A stretch of DNA of 64,000 nucleotides from Candidatus Omnitrophota bacterium (GCA_028713155.1 JAQTPA010000004.1:8305-72304), one strand, 5' to 3'. Shown: positions 8,237 through 18,527, numbered from the stretch's first letter. Numbers and translations are program-made. The notes: generated from the letters alone by a model not told the origin.

Positions 8237-9709
8237 ATGGAAGGCATCAAATTTGATTTCAATAATATGTTCAGCGCCAATGTGGGAGGTGTTAATGGCG
8301 TTGAAGAAAAAGATCTCTTTGAGCTCTCTAGCGCTGCGCAAAAAGCCCATGAGCATTTAAAGAAGATACTCGCGGATTCCAAAAACAGGATAAAGCTGAA
8401 CCTGGAATGGGCGGCCTTGCCTTATCAGGATGAAAAAGCTGTCAAAAGAATCCAGGATTTAGGCAAAGAGATTGCCGCAAAATATGACAGCGTGATTTCT
8501 TTAGGTATTGGCGGTTCTTATCTGGGGTTAAAGGCAGCGCAGGATGCGCTTATGCCGGCTTACTTTAATGAGTTTTCTAAGATACGGAAGAACAGGCCGC
8601 GGATCTATTTTGAAGGGAATAACCTTGACCCGGACACCTTAAGCGTCCTCTTAAAGAATCTCAATCCCAAAAAAACATTTATAGTTGTTATCTCCAAGTC
8701 CGGCGAAACCACTGAAACTAAAGCTGCTTTTATGGTGGTCCAGAACTGGCTTAAAAAAGCGGTTGGTAAAAAATACGGCCGTCAGGTTATCGCTATCACC
8801 GATCCCGAAAACGGGTCTTTGCGTAAAATAGTTAAGCTGGAGCAGGAAAAAGATATTTTAAGTTTCCGCTCCCTGCCTTTATCCAAAGGCGTGGGCGGCA
8901 GGTTTTCCGAGTTAAATATGGGCCTTTTGCATCTGGCTATTTTAGGGGTTAATATTCAGGAGGTTTTGGCCGGAGCAAAAGATATGGCCTTAAAATGCAG
9001 CCGGGCAAATTACACCGAAAATCCCGCCTATATGTACGCGGCATTGCACTACATCCTCTATAAGCATAAAAATAAATCTTTGGCGATTATGATGCCCTTC
9101 TCGGAAACTTTGAAATCCACCGCTGATTGGTATGTGCAGTTATTGGCTGAGAGCTTAGGTAAGAAATACAACCGTAAGGTTGAAATTTCAGCCGATGGCA
9201 GCGAAGCGTGGCTTCAGGACAGGGGCGCGGTGGTTAATGTGGGCAGGACGCCGGTTCCTTGCCGCGGCACAGGCGACTTGCATTCTGTTCAGCAGAATAA
9301 TGTGGAAGGAGAAAATAATAAAGTTATTACTTTTATTAAAGTAGAGAAGTTTAAAAATGAGATTAAGGTTTTAGCTAAGGGTGATTTTTTATCAGGCAAA
9401 AGCTTTTCCGGATTAATTACGCTGGCCGAAGAAGCTACCGAATGGGCGTTGGTCAGGCAAGGCCGGCCTAATTGCACGGTTACCCTGGAGTGCGTTTCTC
9501 CTTATATCTGGGGAGCGCTTTTATTTTTCTTTGAGATGGCTACCGCCTTTGAGGGCGAGTTGCTTAATGTGAACGCTTTTGATCAGCCCGGAGTAGAAGG
9601 CTACAAAAATTACATGTATTATAAATTAGGCAAGCCTGGCATCTCCCGGGAGATAGCCAATGAAATCGAAGGTTATCCTCTTATCAAAAATCCTAAGTAT
9701 ATTCTTTAA
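8237..9709 (+). CDS. pgi: glucose-6-phosphate isomerase
   Basis: Both PGI signatures are present: 'GVGGRFSELNMG' and 'FDQPGVEGYK'. Confidence 0.8.
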   Translation: MEGIKFDFNNMFSANVGGVNGVEEKDLFELSSAAQKAHEHLKKILADSKNRIKLNLEWAALPYQDEKAVKRIQDLGKEIAAKYDSVISLGIGGSYLGLKAAQDALMPAYFNEFSKIRKNRPRIYFEGNNLDPDTLSVLLKNLNPKKTFIVVISKSGETTETKAAFMVVQNWLKKAVGKKYGRQVIAITDPENGSLRKIVKLEQEKDILSFRSLPLSKGVGGRFSELNMGLLHLAILGVNIQEVLAGAKDMALKCSRANYTENPAYMYAALHYILYKHKNKSLAIMMPFSETLKSTADWYVQLLAESLGKKYNRKVEISADGSEAWLQDRGAVVNVGRTPVPCRGTGDLHSVQQNNVEGENNKVITFIKVEKFKNEIKVLAKGDFLSGKSFSGLITLAEEATEWALVRQGRPNCTVTLECVSPYIWGALLFFFEMATAFEGELLNVNAFDQPGVEGYKNYMYYKLGKPGISREIANEIEGYPLIKNPKYIL

Positions 9710-9722
9710 AATAAATTAATTT

Positions 9723-9789
9723 AGGGACCGTTTCCCTCCTTGTGCAGGAATATTCCCAGATCAGGAGGGAAACGGTCCCTGTAGTTTTT
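9723..9789 (+). terminator. long perfect hairpin / rho-independent terminator after pgi
   Basis: 18-bp perfect stem agggaccgtttccctcct / aggagggaaacggtccct with a 22-nt loop, followed by tagttttt. Confidence 0.65.
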
Positions 9790-9802
9790 GAGATGGGTTA
9801 AT

Positions 9803-10792
9803 ATGCTGAAAATCGGCAACTTAAAATTAAAATCTAACCTTATTCTTGCTCCAATGGCCGGCGTAAGCGACCTGCCCTTCCGCATGCTTAACCGTAAATT
9901 CGGAGCGGAGCTCGCTTTTGTGGAGATGATAAATTGCCGCTCAATAAGCTATAAAAGTAAAAGGACGCAAGGAATGCTCAGCTCGCATCTTAAGGACAAA
10001 CCTTTAGGCGTACAATTATTAGGTTGTGAAGAACAATTCATCCTTAAGGCTTTGGATGTGCTTAAAGGTTATAAATTTGATCTTCTTGATTTTAACGCCG
10101 CCTGCCCGGCCAAAAAAGTTGTCCGGCGCAAGGAAGGCGCAGGCCTCCTTAAGGAGCCGAAGAAGCTAAGAAAATTACTTGAACTGGTAGTTAAAAATTC
10201 CGCGGTGCCGGTAACAGTAAAAATCCGCACGGGTTGGGATAAGGATTGTATTAACGCCAGGGAAATCGCGCTTTATGCGCAGGATGCCGGGGCAGCCGGA
10301 ATATTTATCCACGGGAGGACTAAGGCTCAGGGGTATAGCGGAGGAGTAGATTATGCCGCGATCCGGGAGGTGAAAAAGGCATTAAATATCCCGGTAATTG
10401 CCAGCGGAGACATACTCTCGGCGCAATTAGCTAAAAAGATGCTTGATGAGACAAGCTGCGACGGCCTGGTTATTGCCCGCGGCTCATTTGGAAACCCCTG
10501 GATATTCCAAGAAATAAAGGTATTCCTAAAGACGGGTAAGTTGGCCTTAAGGCCCGATAAAGATGAAATCGCTAAAGTTATGTCAGGACATTTAGATGCT
10601 TCAATAGATTTTTACGGGGAACGGAATGGAGTAGTCATATTCCGCAAGTTTTTCGGCTGGTATACCCGCGGCTTCCGCAAGATCCGCCTTTTAAGAGAGA
10701 AAGTTTCCCGCGCCAGGACCAAAGAGGAGATGCAGAAGATAATCAGCCGGTCGGCGCCTGCTGCGGCAGTATCTTTACCCTCCGCCTTGTAA
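9803..10792 (+). CDS. dusB: tRNA-dihydrouridine synthase
   Basis: 'LAPMAGVSDLPFR' Dus N-terminal motif and a TIM-barrel flavoenzyme pattern. Start placed at the ATG at 9803; the ORF track uses the TTG at 9788. Confidence 0.8.
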   Translation: MLKIGNLKLKSNLILAPMAGVSDLPFRMLNRKFGAELAFVEMINCRSISYKSKRTQGMLSSHLKDKPLGVQLLGCEEQFILKALDVLKGYKFDLLDFNAACPAKKVVRRKEGAGLLKEPKKLRKLLELVVKNSAVPVTVKIRTGWDKDCINAREIALYAQDAGAAGIFIHGRTKAQGYSGGVDYAAIREVKKALNIPVIASGDILSAQLAKKMLDETSCDGLVIARGSFGNPWIFQEIKVFLKTGKLALRPDKDEIAKVMSGHLDASIDFYGERNGVVIFRKFFGWYTRGFRKIRLLREKVSRARTKEEMQKIISRSAPAAAVSLPSAL

Positions 10793-10844
10793 ATAAACTA
10801 CCCGCCTTAGTCTATTCTAATAAGATAGTTTCAATAAAATACTA

Positions 10845-10873
10845 TTGACAATAGGTTTTAAATATGTTAAGTT
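10845..10873 (+). promoter_or_regulatory. candidate promoter TTGACA-17-TAAGTT in AT-rich intergenic region
   Basis: -35 at 10845-10850 sits within the near-palindrome TATTGACAATA. The -10 is at 10868-10873, then a ~70-nt leader with RBS aaggggg. Confidence 0.4.
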
Positions 10874-10949
10874 AGATTACAGGTAATACTTTTCATACTA
10901 GTCATACATGTAATATTTGTAGGAACCCAATCAAAAAAGGGGGTAGGAG

Positions 10950-11186
10950 ATGAGTAGCTTAAAAAGGTTTTACGGCAAGGTCCCTGTAGGGACGAAGGGA
11001 CAGATTGTTATTCCGGCAGAAGCAAGAAAAGCAATGGATATTAAGCCGGGAGATAATGTGATTATTATTTCCGGCCCGCCTCATTATGAAAGGATATTAA
11101 GCCTTGTTCCTGAAAACGAATTTAACAAATTTTTAAAATTCTTTGAAGAGCATGTAGCCGATTTGAAGGAGGCTGTTCTTAAGTAA
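10950..11186 (+). CDS. AbrB/MazE/SpoVT-type DNA-binding protein
   Basis: 78 aa. 'GKVPVGTKGQIVIPAEARKAMDIKPGDNVII' is a swapped-hairpin AbrB-type domain. Confidence 0.6.
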   Translation: MSSLKRFYGKVPVGTKGQIVIPAEARKAMDIKPGDNVIIISGPPHYERILSLVPENEFNKFLKFFEEHVADLKEAVLK

Positions 11187-11214
11187 TAAAATAACCGGTA
11201 ATTACGGAGAAAAA

Positions 11215-12318
11215 ATGCAAAGTAAATTGAAACCTGTTGTCCTATACCTGGGCATTTCATTTATTCTATTGACGGCGGCTGGTTGTGTAAAAAAAAGCGA
11301 GCCGCTTGCGCAAACCCCCGAGGTTTCCGTGGTTTTTATCCGTCCTGAGCGCGTAGTCATAACTACCGAATTGCCCGGCCGCACAGCCGCTTTTCTTATT
11401 GCTGAAATCCGGCCTCAGGTCAACGGTCTTATCCAGAAACGTTTGTTTACCGAAGGCTCTGAAGTCAAAGCCGGCCAGGTGCTTTATCAGATCGATCCGG
11501 CTCAATTTAAGGCGGCGTTTGATAAGGCTAAGGCTAATCTGCCGGCTCTCAAACTAAGAGCTGACCGTTACAAGGAAGCGCTGGTTGAAAAAGCAGTCAG
11601 CCAGCAGGAATTTGACGATGCGGATGCCGCACTGAAACAGGCCGAAGCAGAACTGGAAACGGCCCAAATCAATCTTGATTACACCAAGGTCACCTCGCCG
11701 ATCACCGGACGTATCGGGACCTCTAGTGTAACTGACGGCGATATTGTGACGGCATATCAACCTACAGCTTTGGCGACTGTCCAGCAGCTGGACCCGATTT
11801 ATGTGGATATACCCCAATCTACTACCGAATTATTGCGCCTGCGCCGAAGCCTGGAGGATGGCCGCCTTAACCGCGATGGGACGAACCAGAATAAGGTAAA
11901 GCTCGTTCTGGATGACGGATCGGCGTATCCTTTGGATGGAGCGTTGCAATTCCAGGATATAACGGTTGACCCGACAACCGGTTCGGTTATCCTGCGGGTG
12001 ATCTTTCCGAATCCGAAGGGCTTTCTTTTACCGGGTATGTTCGTCCGGGCTATCATTATAGAAGGTATTAATGAACAGGCAGTTCTTGTCCCGCAGCAGG
12101 GAGTTTCCCGTAACGTGAAAGGTGAAGCTATTGCTTTGATCGTAGACGCTGAAAATAAGGTTCAACAGCGGATACTTACGCTTGAGCGCTCCATCGGTAA
12201 TAAATGGCTTGTTTCTTCAGGCCTTAATTCCGGTGACCGGGTAATTGTTGAAGGTATTCAAAAAATCAGGCCGGGAATTTCGGTGAAGGTTGTCTCTTCC
12301 GGCTCTGGCCCGAATTAA
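11215..12318 (+). CDS. RND efflux periplasmic adaptor (membrane fusion protein) lipoprotein
   Basis: Lipobox 'LTAAGC', a coiled-coil hairpin and beta-barrel motifs of the AcrA/MexA family. Confidence 0.85.
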   Translation: MQSKLKPVVLYLGISFILLTAAGCVKKSEPLAQTPEVSVVFIRPERVVITTELPGRTAAFLIAEIRPQVNGLIQKRLFTEGSEVKAGQVLYQIDPAQFKAAFDKAKANLPALKLRADRYKEALVEKAVSQQEFDDADAALKQAEAELETAQINLDYTKVTSPITGRIGTSSVTDGDIVTAYQPTALATVQQLDPIYVDIPQSTTELLRLRRSLEDGRLNRDGTNQNKVKLVLDDGSAYPLDGALQFQDITVDPTTGSVILRVIFPNPKGFLLPGMFVRAIIIEGINEQAVLVPQQGVSRNVKGEAIALIVDAENKVQQRILTLERSIGNKWLVSSGLNSGDRVIVEGIQKIRPGISVKVVSSGSGPN

Positions 12319-12329
12319 ACGGAGAATTT

Positions 12330-15300
12330 ATGCTATCAAAATTTTTCCTTGACCGTCCGGTTTTTGCTTGGGTAATCGCCATTATGATCATGGTCTTGGG
12401 AGGTTTAGCGATTTATACCCTGCCTATCGCCCAGTATCCTCCCATTGCCCCGCCGTCGATCAGGATCAGTTCCTATTATACCGGCGCCTCCGCTGAAACC
12501 GTGGAGAATAGCGTAACCCAGATTATCGAGCAGCAGATGACCGGCCTGGATAAAATGCTCTATATGTCCAGCAGTAGCGATTCTTCCGGGAGTTCTTCTA
12601 TCGAGCTAACTTTTGCTCCGGGGACCGATCCGGACATCGCCTGGACTAAAGTGCAGAATAAGCTTCAACTGGCGATGCCACGGCTTCCTGATTCAGTGCA
12701 GCGCAGGGGTGTTTCAGTCCAAAAGTCTACGCACAATTACCTTTTGATTGTGGGGTTGGTTTCCGAAGACGGCAGCATGGACGATGTAGATCTACGCGAC
12801 TATATGCTTAGCGTTGTGCAGCCGGTACTGGCGCGCGTGCCGGGAGTAGGGGAAGCGGAGGGTTTTGGCGGGGAATACGCCATGCGCATCTGGTTTGACC
12901 CTAAAAAGCTGACCAGCTACGGCTTAACAGTGGAAGATGTTGCCAAGGCATTGCAAGAGTATAATGTGGAGGTTTCCGGCGGCCAGTTCGGCGGCGCTCC
13001 GGCAGTAGAAGGGCAGCGTTTGAATGCCTCCATCATTGTGCAGAGCCTGCTTAAGACTCCCGAAGAATTCAATGATATTCCTATACGGATTAATCCGGAC
13101 GGTTCGACTATCCGTATTAAAGACATTGGTTATAGTAAGCTGGGTAGCGACCGTTTTGATATCAAACTTTTCTTGAATAAAGGCCAGCCGGCAGCCGCCA
13201 TTGCCATTCGTCAGGAGCCGGGTGCAAACGCTTTGAAAACTGCCGACGCGATTAAAGCGAAGATGGAGGAGCTAAGCCATTATTTTCCCCAGGGCGTAAA
13301 AGTTATTTACCCTTACGATACTACTCCTTTTACCCGGGTTGCCATTAAAGAAGTAGCCAAGACTCTGGTTGAAGCGATTATCCTAGTTTTTCTTATTATG
13401 TATTTATTTATGGGGAATATGCGGGCAACATTTATCCCGACGATTGCCGTGCCGGTAGTGTTACTGGGGACTTTTGCGGTACTGGGATTATTCGGTTATT
13501 CAATTAATATGTTAACCATGTTTGCCATGGTTTTGGCTATTGGCCTATTGGTAGATGACGCTATTGTTGTCGTGGAAAATGTAGAGAGGCTGATGAGCGA
13601 GGAGGGGCTTTCCCCGCGGGAAGCCGCGGCCAAGTCTATGGAGCAGATTACTCCGGCGTTAATCGGTATCGGGTTGGTCCTTTCGGCAGTCTTTGGGCCA
13701 ATGGCGTTTTTTACAGGATCAACAGGTATTATTTACCGCCAGTTTTCCATAACTGTTATCACTGCTATGCTCCTTTCGGTGGTTGTGGCTTTGATTTTGA
13801 CTCCTGTTTTGTGCGCTTCATTTCTTAAGCCGGTGCCTAAAGGAGATCAACCTGCTGAAGGCGGGATCTGGTTCCTGCGGACATTCTTTCGTTGGTTTGA
13901 CCGGTTTTTCTTTAAGGTCCGCGATTTGTACGTACGCTTGGTCGGCCATTCATTCGGCAAAAGCGCGCGTTACATCGTTTTTTATTTCTTAATCGTAGCG
14001 GCAATGTTATTTGTATTCCTTAGGATGCCCACGAGTTATCTACCGGATGAGGATCAGGGTATTTTGGTTATTATGGGTAATTTGCCTTCGGGCTCGACGT
14101 TAGAACAGGCCGAAGCAGTGATGGAAAGAGTCCGCGGTTATTTTACAGCTAATGAAAAAGAGGCAGTTGAATCGATTTTGACGGTTTCCGGCCGAAATCA
14201 ATCCGGAGGCGGGCAGAATGTCGGTATGGCTTTTATCAAACTTAAGGATTGGGATTTACGTAAGAAAGCGAGCTTAAAGGCAGAAGCAATAGCGGACCGG
14301 GCCACTAAGGAATTTGCTTTGTATAAGGAGGCGCTGGTTTATGTTTTTTCACCGCCTCCCATAATCGAACTGGGTAGCGCTAAGGGTTTTGATTTTGAAC
14401 TGCAGGACCGCGGAGGCGCCGGCCATACCAAGTTAATGCAAGCCCGTGACCAACTCCTGGATATGGTTGCTAAGGACCCGCGCCTGACCCGCGTGCGGGC
14501 CAATGGCTTAGAGGACGTGGCTCAATACAAGATTGATTTGGATTGGGATAAGGCCGGAAGCTTAGGTGTCTCTATTGCCTCTATCCAGGATACAATTTCT
14601 ACTACCTTTGGCAGTAGCTACGTGAATGATTTTATCAAAGACGGCCGGATTAAGCATGTGGATATCCAGGCCGATACCCCGTATCGTATGCTGCCCGAGG
14701 ACCTAAAAAATATTTACATACGCAACTCCAAAGGAAAGATGGTGCCTTATTCTTCTTTTGCCTCCGGCCACTGGATATTCGGTTCGCCTAAATTAGAGCG
14801 TTACAATGCTTTTCCGTCAATTAATATCTTGGGTGAAGCGGCGCGGGGCAGGAGTTCCGGAGAGGCAATGCAGGCTATGGAAGAGCTTTCAGCGAAACTG
14901 CCGCGCGAGTTTGGTTATGACTGGACCGGGCTTTCTTACCAGGAGCGGCAAGCCGGCGCCCAGGCAGGCCCGCTTTACGCTTTTTCCATTTTGATTATCT
15001 TTTTATGTGTGGCAGCGTTGTATGAAAGTTGGAGTATTCCTATTGTTAATCTATTAATGTTGCCTCTGGGTGTTTTCGGCGCGACGCTGGCAACCTCGTT
15101 ACGCGGCATGCCTAATGACGTTTATTTTCAAATCGGGTTTCTTACTACCTTAGGGTTATCTACCAAGAACGCCATTCTGATCATTCAGTTTGCCCAGTAT
15201 CGCCTGCAACATGGAGAAAAACTGATTGAGGCAACTTTGGGGGCGGCAAGAACCCGCTTCCGGCCGGTTATTATGACTTCTTTGGCTTTCTTTTTCGGCG

Positions 15301-15518
15301 TCCTGCCGCTGGCGATAGCTACCGGCGCAGGCGCAGGCGCCCAGAATGCCATCGGCACCGCGGTTGTCGGTGGGATGCTTTCTGCAACATTTATTGATCT
15401 TATTTTTATCCCGCTGTTTTTTATCCTTATATCCCGTTTTTTCGGGCGCAAGCGCAAGCAGCAGGTGCAAGCCGTAACCGTCGCTTCGGATGTTATGGGT
15501 CCACAGAAAAGTAATTAA
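12330..15518 (+). CDS. RND multidrug efflux permease, AcrB/MexB family
   Basis: 1062 aa with a 12-TM pattern, two large periplasmic loops and conserved TM4 'AIGLLVDDAIVVVENVER'. Confidence 0.9.
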   Translation: MLSKFFLDRPVFAWVIAIMIMVLGGLAIYTLPIAQYPPIAPPSIRISSYYTGASAETVENSVTQIIEQQMTGLDKMLYMSSSSDSSGSSSIELTFAPGTDPDIAWTKVQNKLQLAMPRLPDSVQRRGVSVQKSTHNYLLIVGLVSEDGSMDDVDLRDYMLSVVQPVLARVPGVGEAEGFGGEYAMRIWFDPKKLTSYGLTVEDVAKALQEYNVEVSGGQFGGAPAVEGQRLNASIIVQSLLKTPEEFNDIPIRINPDGSTIRIKDIGYSKLGSDRFDIKLFLNKGQPAAAIAIRQEPGANALKTADAIKAKMEELSHYFPQGVKVIYPYDTTPFTRVAIKEVAKTLVEAIILVFLIMYLFMGNMRATFIPTIAVPVVLLGTFAVLGLFGYSINMLTMFAMVLAIGLLVDDAIVVVENVERLMSEEGLSPREAAAKSMEQITPALIGIGLVLSAVFGPMAFFTGSTGIIYRQFSITVITAMLLSVVVALILTPVLCASFLKPVPKGDQPAEGGIWFLRTFFRWFDRFFFKVRDLYVRLVGHSFGKSARYIVFYFLIVAAMLFVFLRMPTSYLPDEDQGILVIMGNLPSGSTLEQAEAVMERVRGYFTANEKEAVESILTVSGRNQSGGGQNVGMAFIKLKDWDLRKKASLKAEAIADRATKEFALYKEALVYVFSPPPIIELGSAKGFDFELQDRGGAGHTKLMQARDQLLDMVAKDPRLTRVRANGLEDVAQYKIDLDWDKAGSLGVSIASIQDTISTTFGSSYVNDFIKDGRIKHVDIQADTPYRMLPEDLKNIYIRNSKGKMVPYSSFASGHWIFGSPKLERYNAFPSINILGEAARGRSSGEAMQAMEELSAKLPREFGYDWTGLSYQERQAGAQAGPLYAFSILIIFLCVAALYESWSIPIVNLLMLPLGVFGATLATSLRGMPNDVYFQIGFLTTLGLSTKNAILIIQFAQYRLQHGEKLIEATLGAARTRFRPVIMTSLAFFFGVLPLAIATGAGAGAQNAIGTAVVGGMLSATFIDLIFIPLFFILISRFFGRKRKQQVQAVTVASDVMGPQKSN

Positions 15519-15519
15519 T

Positions 15520-17019
15520 ATGAAACGAATACTCATTTTAATTTTAGGGATTCTGACTTGCCTGAGCGGTTGTACTATGGCTCCGAAATATAACCGGCCG
15601 GGGCCTGTGGTCCCTGAGCATTGGCCTAAAGGAGCGGCTTATCCGCAGGTTAGCCCTGCAACCAAGGTTACCGATGCTTTGCAGTTGAGATGGCAGGATT
15701 TTTTTACTGATCCCAAACTGCAGAGGATTATCCAGACAGCTCTGGAGAATAACCGGGACTTGCGGCTGGCTGCCTTGAATATGGAAAAAGCGCGGGCTTT
15801 GTACGGCGTTCAACAGGCTGAATTGTTTCCGGTTCTCGATGCAAATGGGGGCTTGGCCAAACAGCGTTATTCTTCTGATTTTATAGCTACAGGGAATCCG
15901 AAGGTAATCGAACAATACAGCGCTGACCTGGGTATTACTGCCTGGGAGATTGATTTTTTCGGGCGTATCCGCAGCCTGACAAAACAGGCATTAGAGGAAT
16001 ATTTGAGTACGCAGGAGGCCAGACGCAGCGCGCAGATTGCGCTTATCTCAGGGGTGGCCCGGGCGTATTTGGCTATTGCTACGGATGAGTCGGATCTTCA
16101 TTTGGCACGCTCCACCCTTGAAGCGCAGGAAGGCGCTTATAATTTAGTCCTGCGTCGATACAAGGTTAAGCTGGCAAATGAAATAGATTTGCAGCGGGCG
16201 CAAACCCAGGTGGATACAGCCAAGGGAGATGTGATTCTTTATACGCAACGGTTAGCGCAGGATAAAAATGCGCTGGATCTTTTAGCCGGTTCTCCTGTCC
16301 CGGAAGGCCTTTTGCCTGTTGATTTGGCAGGCGTTATTCCCTTTAAAGATATTTTTCCCGGTTTATCTTCCGGTGTGCTTCTTAAGCGGCCGGATATTAT
16401 GGCGGCAGAGCATCAGTTAAAAGGTGCCTATGCTAATATCGGGGCAGCCCGGGCTGCCTTTTTCCCCAGTATTTCGCTGACCACCGCCATTGGTTCGGCA
16501 AGCAGCGCATTTACAGGCTTGTTCTCATCCGGTAAAGGTACCTGGATCTATTCGCCGCAGGTAGTAATGCCTATTTTTGATATGCAGACCTGGGCGGCAT
16601 ATCGGGTGAGTGAAGCAGAGCGGAAAATCGCCTTGACCAAGTATGAGAAAACTATCCAAACAGCTTTTAAGGAAGTAGTCGATGTCTTGGCTGTGCAAGG
16701 TACGGTGGATGAGCAAATCACAGTGCAGCAGTCCATGGTTGATTCCGCGCAGAAGATTTATCAGCTCACAAGCAAACGCTATGTAAATGGGATTGACAGT
16801 TATTTAAGCGTTCTCGATGCCCAGCGTTCGCTCTATCGGGCACAGAAAGAGCTTATTTTGATGCAATTCTATAAACTCGTTAACGAGGTGAAAGCTTATG
16901 CAGTGCTGGGCGGAGGCGCTTTGGATGAGGCGCCTGGGGGTAAGCAAGTTAGTCGAGGTTCCTTTGAAGAAAAGGTTCTTTCGTTATTGGGCCTTAAATT
17001 TCAAGAGCCCAAGCGCTGA
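15520..17019 (+). CDS. outer membrane efflux factor lipoprotein (OprM/NodT family)
   Basis: Start at ATG 15520 ('MKRILILILGILTCLSGC', lipobox), overlapping the pump stop. Two tandem OEP repeats. Confidence 0.85.
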   Translation: MKRILILILGILTCLSGCTMAPKYNRPGPVVPEHWPKGAAYPQVSPATKVTDALQLRWQDFFTDPKLQRIIQTALENNRDLRLAALNMEKARALYGVQQAELFPVLDANGGLAKQRYSSDFIATGNPKVIEQYSADLGITAWEIDFFGRIRSLTKQALEEYLSTQEARRSAQIALISGVARAYLAIATDESDLHLARSTLEAQEGAYNLVLRRYKVKLANEIDLQRAQTQVDTAKGDVILYTQRLAQDKNALDLLAGSPVPEGLLPVDLAGVIPFKDIFPGLSSGVLLKRPDIMAAEHQLKGAYANIGAARAAFFPSISLTTAIGSASSAFTGLFSSGKGTWIYSPQVVMPIFDMQTWAAYRVSEAERKIALTKYEKTIQTAFKEVVDVLAVQGTVDEQITVQQSMVDSAQKIYQLTSKRYVNGIDSYLSVLDAQRSLYRAQKELILMQFYKLVNEVKAYAVLGGGALDEAPGGKQVSRGSFEEKVLSLLGLKFQEPKR

Positions 17020-17081
17020 AGAATTTTCAAAGATAAGCTAACCGATCTTATTTGAAGTATATACGCAATTTACATATAATC

Positions 17082-18527
17082 ATGAAATATAACCACGCCT
17101 TATTCCTGAACCCCTATATTGAAAGCAGCGCTAACAGCACAATGATGCTCTTTCCTCCTGTCGGGCTTGAATATGTGGCTACCAGCGCAAGGGGGTTAGT
17201 CAATAAAATCACCCTTATGGATTTAAGGCATGAGCCGGAATTGGCTGATCCGGAAAAACTCCTGGCCTTTATATCCAGCCGGATCGATATTTTATGCGTA
17301 AGTATCGGTTGGGAGCGCCAGTTTGACGAAATCTGTCAAATGCTCAGCCGCGTGCCGGACCATATAACGCTGGTCGTAGGTGGTTATAAAGCTACCGAAA
17401 AAGTGGAAGAACTTTTTAAGAAATGCCCTACAATCGATATCATTGTTCGGGGTGAGGGCGAAGAAACAATTAAAGAGATATTAAAAGACGAACCGCTTAA
17501 AGATATTCTGGGTATCTCTTACCGCGAAAACGGCTTAATAGTGCATAACCCTAACCGCCCGCTTCCCGGCGTAGATAGATTAGGCTCGCCTGACCGTTCC
17601 CTGCGGCGTAATGAATATTCTTTCGCCTTAAACGGGATAAAAATAGCGGATATAAGCTTTGATTCTGTGTTAAGCGCGCGGGGCTGCCCTTTTAACTGTA
17701 AATTCTGCACCTTCAACTTAAATCCCCTCGGCCAAAAAAGGAATTATTCCGCCCGCAGCGTTGTTTCCGTAGTAGATGAGATACAAAGTTTAAAAGCGGG
17801 AGTGGTCATTCTTAGCGACGATGATTTTTTTGCCGATCCCAAAAGGGCAGAAGAGATTTGCGATCTGATCATTGCCCGAAAGATCAAGAAACGTTTTATG
17901 GCCCAGGCGCGCATAGATATCGCTAAATACCCGCGGCTGCTTGAAAAAATGGTCAAGGCCGGATTCAAGGCGCTTTTAATCGGCATCGAATCCCCGCATA
18001 ACTGGATACTCAAACAGCTCAATAAAGGGTTTAATCAGGAGGCGATCCGGAAATATTTCAAGGTCCTGAATAAATACCCTATTTTTTATAACGGTTATTT
18101 TATTTACGGGAATATCGGCGAGACGGAAAAAGAAATGCTTTATATAGGACAATTTGCCAAGGAGATCGGGGTTGATTCCATCGCCTGCAATAAATTAAGG
18201 ATCGAGAAATTCTCGTCATTAAGAGATTTGGCCGATAAAACTCCCGGTTACCATGTTACTGAAAGGGGAGAACTTTATTCCGATACCTATAGCCACGCCG
18301 CCTTAAAGAAAATAGGCCGGCGGATAAAATTCTCTTTCTACACCCCTTCAAGATACGCCAAAATTCTCTGGAAGAATATTTTTATAGTAAGATTTTTTAC
18401 TCTTAAAGAAATACTTTTTTTCTTAGGCGTGACCCCGCGGCTTTTCATAAGTGTCATTGCCAGAGAATTGCGCCGGGGCAGGCTCGGAGATTCCCTGAAA
18501 AGGACGTTTATCAGTAATAAAAAATAG
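17082..18527 (+). CDS. B12-binding-domain radical SAM protein
   Basis: N-terminus 'ALFLNPY...PPVGLEYVA' is a cobalamin-binding domain. 'CPFNCKFCTF' is the CxxxCxxC radical SAM motif. The ORF track starts at an upstream TTG. Confidence 0.7.
   Translation: MKYNHALFLNPYIESSANSTMMLFPPVGLEYVATSARGLVNKITLMDLRHEPELADPEKLLAFISSRIDILCVSIGWERQFDEICQMLSRVPDHITLVVGGYKATEKVEELFKKCPTIDIIVRGEGEETIKEILKDEPLKDILGISYRENGLIVHNPNRPLPGVDRLGSPDRSLRRNEYSFALNGIKIADISFDSVLSARGCPFNCKFCTFNLNPLGQKRNYSARSVVSVVDEIQSLKAGVVILSDDDFFADPKRAEEICDLIIARKIKKRFMAQARIDIAKYPRLLEKMVKAGFKALLIGIESPHNWILKQLNKGFNQEAIRKYFKVLNKYPIFYNGYFIYGNIGETEKEMLYIGQFAKEIGVDSIACNKLRIEKFSSLRDLADKTPGYHVTERGELYSDTYSHAALKKIGRRIKFSFYTPSRYAKILWKNIFIVRFFTLKEILFFLGVTPRLFISVIARELRRGRLGDSLKRTFISNKK

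Noticed and set aside
10950-11186. The AbrB/MazE-like 78-aa protein could be the antitoxin of a toxin-antitoxin pair.
   Set aside because: No toxin-like ORF (MazF/PemK/Doc, etc.) is adjacent. The next gene is the RND adaptor, so a transcriptional regulator role is more plausible.
17052-17080. A perfect TTGAAG-17-TATAAT hexamer pair sits in front of the radical SAM gene.
   Set aside because: The -10 ends 1 nt before the best-supported ATG at 17082, whose product begins with a credible B12-domain N-terminus. This is too close for a normal transcription start site. It is either coincidental AT-rich sequence, or the true start is a downstream Met. It is left uncalled as a feature.
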